64,000 bases of DNA, taken from the IMG/VR virus record IMGVR_UViG_3300021963_006915, positions 37,378 through 101,377 of that record; one strand, given 5' to 3'. The stretch comes from a virus. Lineage: Duplodnaviria; Caudoviricetes. The position numbers and the translations under genes are program-made. The number at the start of each line of letters is the position of its first letter. Within the stretch, counting starts at the first letter, position 1. Below are positions 57,603-64,000 of this stretch, piece by piece. The notes below the pieces were generated by a model. The model was not told where the DNA came from. It made no database searches and saw only the letters and a program-made list of their open reading frames with translations.

Positions 57603-58559
57603 TTATAAATATGATCGAATAGTTTCATCAATAGCAGTTTCGAATGGGGTAAGCTTAAATTCTGGAAACTCCATCTTAAAGTCTCGGTTATCAACGCTAT
57701 ATCTAAAATCGTGTCCAGGTCGATCAGATACAAATTCATACCAAACTTCTGGTAAAGTAGTGTTGGTTATTTGTTCATAACGACTCTTGATTAGAGTTAA
57801 CAGCTCTATATTAGAAAGTTCATTGTTACCCCCAATCAAGTATTGTTTTCCAACCAAACCGCCTAATGTAACACTGATAAGTGCGTTAACATGGTCTTTT
57901 ACATAGATCCAGTCTCGTATATTCTCTCCATTTCCATAAATTGGTACCAATTGCTTGTTTTTCAACTTGTTTATGGCTACGGGAATTAATTTTTCTGGAT
58001 ATTGTCTGGATCCAAAGTTGTTGCTACAATTAGTGATTATGGTTGGAGTACCATAGGTTTTGTTGTAACTTCTTACCAATAAATCGCTGGATGCTTTAGT
58101 TGCTGAATATGGACTATTGGGTCTATATGGACTATCTATGTCAAACGAAGATTGTTTAAACCCAAGACTTCCATATACTTCATCGGTTGATACATGTATA
58201 AATTTCTCAAGAGTATAACTCTTGAATAGCTCCATCAGATTGAATGTACCAACTATATTGGTTTCAATAAATCTTTTTGGTCCAGATATAGACTTATCTA
58301 CATGAGATTCAGCCGCAAGATGAACCACATGAGTTAGTCCTAAACTCAACAAGTAGTTTTTTTGGTCTGGAAAGTATGGTGCTGAAATATCCAGTGTTAA
58401 TTTGTGATATTTTGGATTGTTTTGGAATGGTAGACTTTTGTTTGCGGCATAAGTACCACAATCTATATTATACACCTTATCAACGTCATCTCGTTTTAGA
58501 ACTTCTTCTATAAAATGACTACCAATAAATCCAGATCCTCCAGTTACTAATATATTCAT
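57603..58559 (-). CDS. rmlB: dTDP-glucose 4,6-dehydratase
   Basis: GGSGFIGS, HLAAESHVD, VSTDEVYG, YSATK, QYPEKLIP and RPGHD motifs. Confidence 0.93.
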   Translation of the reverse strand: MNILVTGGSGFIGSHFIEEVLKRDDVDKVYNIDCGTYAANKSLPFQNNPKYHKLTLDISAPYFPDQKNYLLSLGLTHVVHLAAESHVDKSISGPKRFIETNIVGTFNLMELFKSYTLEKFIHVSTDEVYGSLGFKQSSFDIDSPYRPNSPYSATKASSDLLVRSYNKTYGTPTIITNCSNNFGSRQYPEKLIPVAINKLKNKQLVPIYGNGENIRDWIYVKDHVNALISVTLGGLVGKQYLIGGNNELSNIELLTLIKSRYEQITNTTLPEVWYEFVSDRPGHDFRYSVDNRDFKMEFPEFKLTPFETAIDETIRSYL

Positions 58560-59422
58560 ATGGTCCAGTTGTTAATGCAATAATCAAAGGCTTCGTCTGC
58601 GGTTCTCATTTTGATACCAGTTGATAACAATTTTTCATTACTCATCACGCAATTTGAACGTGGGGTCTTGACCACATTCTTATAGAACTCGTCTTCTTCT
58701 ACAAATGTGAAGGTTTTATCTTTAGCAATTGTATTTTTAAACTTTTCTGTTACACCTTTGGTGGTAATATATCCACCATTGGTTACGTTGTAGATACCAT
58801 ATGGAACCTTTTTGTTTAGTGTTTGAATACAAGCGCTTACGAACTCTTGTTTGTTGCTTACACTATTTTCAGCATCTAATAGTCGTTCATACTTCAAAAT
58901 CTTACTGATATAGTTTCTTGAGTTATCAAATTCTTCGAAGGGAATTCTTAATCTCCAAATATAACTCTTTTCCCATTTACCCACAATTTGTTCCGCAATA
59001 GTCTTGGTACCACTATAGAAACTACTATTGTTATATTTAAAGCTAAAGTTTGGTTCGTCCTCTTCTGTGAATGGTTGACCATCGGATCGTCTACCCTCAT
59101 AAATACAACCGCTAGATACATGACCCAATGGAATATCATTTAACATACACCAATCGGTTAAAATTTGTGGCCATACAATATTGCCGTGAATTGTATCTTC
59201 TTTATACAATTCACAAGCATCAACATTTGGTTTACCAGTATAACCAGCCGCGTTGATTGCAGCGCCTATTAATGGATAACCAGCTTCGTCATACCATTTT
59301 TCTAAATCTTGAAAAGTGGTTGTTTTGGTATTTGGCCATAAAAATACAGGAAGCTTAAGCTCTGCAAGTTGCTTTTTAAATTCGCTACCAATATAGCCTG
59401 TTGCGCCGAATAGTATAATCAT
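58556..59422 (-). CDS. NDP-4-keto-6-deoxyglucose 3,5-epimerase/4-reductase (NRS/ER-like)
   Basis: GATGYIG, AAGYTGKPNVDACE, SSGCIY, FYSGTK, LRIP and RSN motifs. Confidence 0.75.
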   Translation of the reverse strand: MIILFGATGYIGSEFKKQLAELKLPVFLWPNTKTTTFQDLEKWYDEAGYPLIGAAINAAGYTGKPNVDACELYKEDTIHGNIVWPQILTDWCMLNDIPLGHVSSGCIYEGRRSDGQPFTEEDEPNFSFKYNNSSFYSGTKTIAEQIVGKWEKSYIWRLRIPFEEFDNSRNYISKILKYERLLDAENSVSNKQEFVSACIQTLNKKVPYGIYNVTNGGYITTKGVTEKFKNTIAKDKTFTFVEEDEFYKNVVKTPRSNCVMSNEKLLSTGIKMRTADEAFDYCINNWTI

Positions 59423-60261
59423 AATAATTTGTTTAAGTATTGCTTATATTCGCAATTTGGTAATTTGTCAATGAGGTTTTTAAGTTGCGCTTTATTTATT
59501 AATTTGCGCTTCAAGCACTCTTCTTCTATGCATCCTATTTTTACACCCTGTCTAGATTGAATTGCTTGTATATAAGCACTACTTTCAAATAATGTTTCAG
59601 CACTTCCAGCATCAAGCCATGCTGTGCCTCTTGCAAATTTTATAGCAGTAAGTTCGCCCCTGTCAAGATATATTAAATTCAAATCAGTTATTTCAAGCTC
59701 ACCTCTTGCTGAAGGTTTGAGTGTTTTAGCATATTCGACCACCTTATTATCATAAAAGTATAAACCAGGCACCGCATAATTGCTTTTGGGTTGAGTTGGT
59801 TTTTCTTCTATGCTTAAAACCTTATTATCCTCACCAAACTCAATAACTCCATAAGCTTTAGGATCATTAACTTCATAACCAAAAATAATTGCGCCTTCAA
59901 GTAAAGGCTTGACTCTGGGCATTCCGTGGAATATATTGTCACCAAGTATTAAAGCAACATTATCTTTACCAATAAAATCCTCAGCGATTATAAAACTTTC
60001 AGCAATTCCTCTTGGTTTGTACTGAACTTTGTAGGTAATTTTTAAACCTAATTGACTTCCATCGCCGAATAACTTTTCATATTGAGGTAAATAATCTGGT
60101 GAGGAGATGATACAAAATTCAGTAATTCCGCATGTAATTAACGTGTTAAATGGATAATAAATCATTGGCTTGTCATAAACAGGCAACAATTGTTTATTTA
60201 TTGTACTGGTTAATGGATATAACCTACTACCAGTTCCTCCAGCTAAAATAATTCCTTTCAT
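59419..60261 (-). CDS. rmlA: glucose-1-phosphate thymidylyltransferase
   Basis: GIILAGGTGSRLYP, KQLLPVYDKPMIYYP, EEKP, RGELEITD and WLDAG motifs. Confidence 0.95.
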   Translation of the reverse strand: MKGIILAGGTGSRLYPLTSTINKQLLPVYDKPMIYYPFNTLITCGITEFCIISSPDYLPQYEKLFGDGSQLGLKITYKVQYKPRGIAESFIIAEDFIGKDNVALILGDNIFHGMPRVKPLLEGAIIFGYEVNDPKAYGVIEFGEDNKVLSIEEKPTQPKSNYAVPGLYFYDNKVVEYAKTLKPSARGELEITDLNLIYLDRGELTAIKFARGTAWLDAGSAETLFESSAYIQAIQSRQGVKIGCIEEECLKRKLINKAQLKNLIDKLPNCEYKQYLNKLL

Positions 60262-60262
60262 T

Positions 60263-61330
60263 TTAGACTAAAAATTCGTTTTTAACATCTTTGTTATATA
60301 TCGTGTCTATTAGTAGATTTGTATACAAATCGTATATTTCTACTTTTGAAACATTTTCTGTAACGTCCCACATTTTTATGTATGGTGGGATATTTCTATC
60401 ATAAACATCACGAACACTTTCATTGATATCATATACTACAAGTTTAAAAGTAACTACTTTGTCAGATAAATTATCTTGATAAATTACAATTTGAGAAGGC
60501 TTAGTTGGTGACGATCCTACCAATTTGCAAAAACATACAAAATAACCCTGTTCATATACCTTATCAGATATATAATTCATTGTAGAATGAGAGCGATCCA
60601 TCAAATAATCTTTAAAATAGTCGTTTGGTGTTTTATTATAATTAATGATTAAATTAGATCTAAAACTTAGATCATTACGCACTATATTTTCTGCTATAAA
60701 ACGTTCGTAACTCAAATAAGAACGGCCCAAATTAATTTTTTCTAAATACTCAAAATACGATAATTTATCACTTATTTTAGTAACGTTCCTTAAAAAATAA
60801 TCGATTTCAAAATAAAAATAATATGGGTTAATTCCGTTTTTAAAAGACGCATCATCAACTTTGTATTGGTTTGTCATATACACAAAACCCTTTTTATCTT
60901 TGCATAATGCGTTCATATTCTTCACAATATCCGCCATTATTGGCCCGCCTACGCTATCATATTCAAATCTATGAAAATGTGTAAACCCAAGACTTTTAGC
61001 TAAATAAAGGGAATTTAACAAATTAACTATTACGGATAAAGCGTGTCTTTGAAAATTTAAGTTTTGTATTTTAACCGAGATGCTTCCATCTGAAAACCTA
61101 TAGAAACTTTTATCAATCTGATCAAAGTCTGACTCGTTAAACAACACATTCTTTTTATCATAAAAATAATAGTCCACCATATTCAATATTCGTTCTGATA
61201 ATATGGTGTTGGAGTTTACTAAAACAGGAATGTTAACCGATTTAAACCATTCAAGCTGTTCACAAAACAAATTTTCCAAAGATTGATGTTTTATATATGC
61301 ATCAACTATTATAATTTCTTTTACTTCCAT
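60263..61330 (-). CDS. uncharacterised GT-A-like paralog family, copy 5
   Basis: IIVDAY, IPVLVNSN, DYYFYDKKN and AKSLGFTHFHRFEYD motifs. Confidence 0.55.
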   Translation of the reverse strand: MEVKEIIIVDAYIKHQSLENLFCEQLEWFKSVNIPVLVNSNTILSERILNMVDYYFYDKKNVLFNESDFDQIDKSFYRFSDGSISVKIQNLNFQRHALSVIVNLLNSLYLAKSLGFTHFHRFEYDSVGGPIMADIVKNMNALCKDKKGFVYMTNQYKVDDASFKNGINPYYFYFEIDYFLRNVTKISDKLSYFEYLEKINLGRSYLSYERFIAENIVRNDLSFRSNLIINYNKTPNDYFKDYLMDRSHSTMNYISDKVYEQGYFVCFCKLVGSSPTKPSQIVIYQDNLSDKVVTFKLVVYDINESVRDVYDRNIPPYIKMWDVTENVSKVEIYDLYTNLLIDTIYNKDVKNEFLV

Positions 61331-61375
61331 AACTCAAATATACATATAAAATTTTAAAATTATAAATTTTTTATA

Positions 61376-61405
61376 TTGACAAAGTTTGATAGTTAGATAT
61401 AGAAT
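61376..61405 (+). promoter_or_regulatory. sigma70-like promoter TTGACA-N18-TAGAAT
   Basis: TTGACA at 61376-61381 and TAGAAT at 61400-61405; heads a run of small ORFs. Confidence 0.55.
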
Positions 61406-61411
61406 ACTATC

Positions 61412-61645
61412 ATGGAAAAAGAACTAACAATTAAAGACAAAGTAACCAACCCAATCATTATTCAACACGATGACTTAAAGTTTGATGGTAAAAACATCAC
61501 TATTCCGAGATATTACATTGATTCACTCTGTGAATATATCAAGGATTTCAAGACTGAAGGAGAATCACAGGCTGATATTGAAGACTATCAAGCATTTCGT
61601 AGTTTTCTGTGGGATATTCAAGAATACAACAATGGAGGTAACTAA
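61412..61645 (+). CDS. hypothetical protein
   Basis: 77-aa ORF after the promoter. Confidence 0.6.
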   Translation: MEKELTIKDKVTNPIIIQHDDLKFDGKNITIPRYYIDSLCEYIKDFKTEGESQADIEDYQAFRSFLWDIQEYNNGGN

Positions 61646-61648
61646 TTT

Positions 61649-62233
61649 ATGGGTATGTATGATGACATAGTATGTAAATACCCCCTTCCTTTACCGGAAG
61701 ATACTAAGGGATATATTCCCAATGGATTTCAAACCAAAGATTTGGACAATGCGTTGGATTGTTATGAAATTCGTGAAGATGGCACACTATGGTTGCATGA
61801 ATGTGAACGAGAATATACTGAAGGCGATCCAAACGGTAAAACATTCTTTGAAAAGTATGGGATGGTAAAAGTAACCAAAGATTGGTGGACTCAGGTAAAA
61901 ACAACCAGCACCATACGTATGTATGATTATAACAATTATAATGATGGACCATATGACTATTGGGTTGAATTTGAAATTGTATTTATTGACGGAGTTATTA
62001 ACAAGATTAACCTTGTAAAGTTTGAAGCCACTGATAATTCTGAAAGAAAAGAAAACGATAAACGACACATTGAAGAACTTAAAAAGAACAAAGAGTTTGA
62101 AGCTACTAATCTTTATAAATTAGTGATCAAACCATATAACAAGGTTATACGATTTGTATGTAGATCATTGTATTCTACTGGTTCGTTTTTGATTGCTAAT
62201 GTTTGGAAATTGGAACGTAAACTAATTGTATGA
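61649..62233 (+). CDS. conserved phage hypothetical protein (MGMYD...FQTKD)
   Basis: MGMYDDI, FQTKDL, YEIREDG and F.DG motifs. Confidence 0.7.
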   Translation: MGMYDDIVCKYPLPLPEDTKGYIPNGFQTKDLDNALDCYEIREDGTLWLHECEREYTEGDPNGKTFFEKYGMVKVTKDWWTQVKTTSTIRMYDYNNYNDGPYDYWVEFEIVFIDGVINKINLVKFEATDNSERKENDKRHIEELKKNKEFEATNLYKLVIKPYNKVIRFVCRSLYSTGSFLIANVWKLERKLIV

Positions 62234-62484
62234 AAGATCAAGATTCTATATTTCTAATTTGTGATTGTTTTGAACACGGACTTTTAGTAGAAAGGTTTAA
62301 AGATGAACAAGAAGTGTCTTTGAGCTTGTTTGAACGAGGTCTTAGTGGTAGAATTCTGCCATGGCGAGAAAGACTAAGATGGTGTTGGCAAATACTACGA
62401 CATGGTAAACCTTGGTCTGATTTCATAATTCTAAACACAGAAAACCAAAAACAATTAAAGGAGTTTCTAAATGAATGTAAATGA
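62230..62484 (+). CDS. hypothetical protein
   Basis: ATGA overlap; CDC..H and WRERLRWCW motifs. Confidence 0.6.
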   Translation: MKDQDSIFLICDCFEHGLLVERFKDEQEVSLSLFERGLSGRILPWRERLRWCWQILRHGKPWSDFIILNTENQKQLKEFLNECK

Positions 62485-62656
62485 ATTTGAACGTACTAAG
62501 CCTGTAGTTACAATGCAGAAGATCAATGACTTAATCAAGTTGATTGAAGATGAACGTGTAAAAACAGAAATCTTGTACAAAGATCGTGTGCGTAGTCTTG
62601 ACGATATTAACATTTTACTAAAAGATATGAAAGCTAGTTTCAAGAAAGGTGAATGA
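62471..62656 (+). CDS. small helical hypothetical protein
   Basis: Coupled 61-aa ORF preceded by AAGGAG. Confidence 0.55.
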   Translation: MNVNEFERTKPVVTMQKINDLIKLIEDERVKTEILYKDRVRSLDDINILLKDMKASFKKGE

Positions 62657-62922
62657 TGAAGTTCAAGAATTTTGAAGGTAAGCAATATAACGTTAATTAC
62701 AATAAACCACCTGTAAAATACAACGCAGCTGGATTATGTGAAAATCCTGATAATAAACATCCTTCAATATTTGTTGATCCTACGTTAAAAACTCGCAGAC
62801 AATTAAATGTTTTGATTGAAGAAGTGTTTCATGCACATTTATACGATTTGCCAGAAAAGAAAGCACGTAAGTTTTCGGCTAATTTAGGCAAATTGATATA
62901 CAACCGATTTATAAAAAAATGA
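62653..62922 (+). CDS. small metallopeptidase-like protein (EExxH variant)
   Basis: GLC...IFVD...LIEEVFHA...E motif. Confidence 0.5.
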   Translation: MMKFKNFEGKQYNVNYNKPPVKYNAAGLCENPDNKHPSIFVDPTLKTRRQLNVLIEEVFHAHLYDLPEKKARKFSANLGKLIYNRFIKK

Positions 62923-63077
62923 AAAGAATTATAGACTTGACTTTTGCGTTGATATTTGGTACTTTATTTTCTCTTGGAATAATACTGATTATTGCTATAA
63001 TGTTTATAGTGATTGTACCACTCCTAGTTTTCTTCACTATCAAAGAAGTTTTAAAACAATTAACCAACACAAAATAA
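62919..63077 (+). CDS. small membrane protein (52 aa)
   Basis: Below the track cutoff: MKRIIDLTFALIFGTLFSLGIILIIAIMFIVIVPLLVFFTIKEVLKQLTNTK; ATGA overlap with the upstream gene. Confidence 0.55.
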   Translation: MKRIIDLTFALIFGTLFSLGIILIIAIMFIVIVPLLVFFTIKEVLKQLTNTK

Positions 63078-63078
63078 T

Positions 63079-63534
63079 ATGAAATCAACTCCTGAAAATA
63101 TTAGTAGACAAATCGTTCTTACTTACGCACGTGCTGTAAGAGAAATTCAAACCAAGCAAATTGATCCATATCTTGATCTAATTGCAAAAGAAATTTTAAA
63201 TATCTTTCCAGACCTAGAAGGTGAAGAAGATGGTGCAGAAAATTGGGCATGTGATGTTGCTAATGCTTCTTCAAACGAAGAAGTCGTACAGACGTTGAAT
63301 CGTCTTGGCGATATTGTAAAACAACGTAAATACGCTAGAATTTGGTCATGTAGATATTGTGGTAAAGATACAAGCAATGTAGAATATGATTATCTATCTG
63401 GTACGGACCATTTAGGTTGTGTACTAGAACACTCACAATTTGATAATGATTTACAATCAAAGAGTGATCCAGATGGTGTTATTGAATATATTAAACAATT
63501 AGAAGAACGTATTGCTAAACTAGAAGGCAATTAA
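63079..63534 (+). CDS. hypothetical protein with CxxC/HxxC motif
   Basis: CRYC...HLGC; C-terminal coiled coil. Confidence 0.6.
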   Translation: MKSTPENISRQIVLTYARAVREIQTKQIDPYLDLIAKEILNIFPDLEGEEDGAENWACDVANASSNEEVVQTLNRLGDIVKQRKYARIWSCRYCGKDTSNVEYDYLSGTDHLGCVLEHSQFDNDLQSKSDPDGVIEYIKQLEERIAKLEGN

Positions 63535-63540
63535 TAATTG

Positions 63541-64000
63541 ATGAAAGCAATTCTTGCAATGTCAAAAAATAGGGCCATTGGCAAAAATGGTGGATTGCCA
63601 TGGCCCTCTATAAAAGAGGACTTCAAGTGGTTCAAAGAATTTACAATGGGTAATACACTCATTGTGGGTAAAAATACATTTGATACATTACCACTTCTAA
63701 AAAATAGAGAATGTCTTGTACTAGTCAAAGAAGACAAAATAATGGATGCAAATCCAAATCAATATCTAGTAAACAATAACTCTATGACTGGTCAACTGAT
63801 TACAATGACAGATCTTGAATCATATAGTGAATTTAGAAAAGACTATTTGATTGTTGCTGGTGGTGCTAAAACTTATATTAAGTTGTTACCATACATTACA
63901 GAGTTTTATGTTACGCATGTAAATGGTAATTATGATGGTGATACCTTTATGCCTGAGTTTGAACATTTGTTTACTAATAAAGAAGTTGTAAAAGAATTTG
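63541..64000 (+). CDS. folA: dihydrofolate reductase (runs off right edge)
   Basis: Not in the track: MKAILAMSKNRAIGKNGGLPWPSIKEDFKWFKEFT...VGKNTFDTLP.LKNR...AGGAKTY...YDGDTFMP. Confidence 0.9.
   Translation, partial: MKAILAMSKNRAIGKNGGLPWPSIKEDFKWFKEFTMGNTLIVGKNTFDTLPLLKNRECLVLVKEDKIMDANPNQYLVNNNSMTGQLITMTDLESYSEFRKDYLIVAGGAKTYIKLLPYITEFYVTHVNGNYDGDTFMPEFEHLFTNKEVVKEF

Noticed and set aside
1055-63737. Many short ORFs in the track that lie antisense to or nested in longer genes (e.g. 13023..13472, 32126..32527, 48910..49263, 51712..52053, 63531..63737)
   Set aside because: They fall within well-supported genes, lack motifs and look like shadow frames.
1-64000. Bacterial O-antigen/capsule locus or eukaryotic giant virus
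   Set aside because: The T4-like PolB-clamp-loader block, phage-type small modules, GH24 lysozyme, ATGA/TAATG coupling and sigma70-like promoters point to a phage. No flippase, polymerase or export genes and no housekeeping genes are present. No capsid or terminase gene is in the window, so the assignment remains an inference.

Overview
This AT-rich, very densely packed window looks like part of a large (jumbo, T4-like) dsDNA bacteriophage genome, not a host chromosome. Core viral genes include a family B DNA polymerase, sliding clamp and clamp loader, an SF2 helicase, a Cas4/RecB-like nuclease, dUTPase, dCMP deaminase, DHFR and HNH/GIY-YIG nucleases. About half the window is glycan machinery: more than 20 glycosyltransferase-like ORFs, six SAM methyltransferases, an acetyltransferase, Glf, Gmd plus a His-type (ColD-like) dehydratase, and RmlA/RmlB plus a bifunctional epimerase-reductase. 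There is also a five-member uncharacterised GT-A-like paralog family. At 31-35 kb and 46 kb, modular proteins look like head-packaged polyproteins, with small conserved modules separated by (I/L/V)-X-E putative prohead-protease sites; one carries a 240-aa intein inside a ~45-aa basic module, and another ends in a lysozyme. Other notable features are a recurrent TATTTAT/TATGTAT motif 4-10 nt upstream of start codons, an in-frame split glycosyltransferase, an RHH-like regulator next to a perfect palindrome, and an iron/Fe-S gene set (IscU, ferritin-like, FecR-like, B12 radical SAM). All calls come from motif recognition by eye; no database searches were run. No rRNA, tRNA or CRISPR array was seen.
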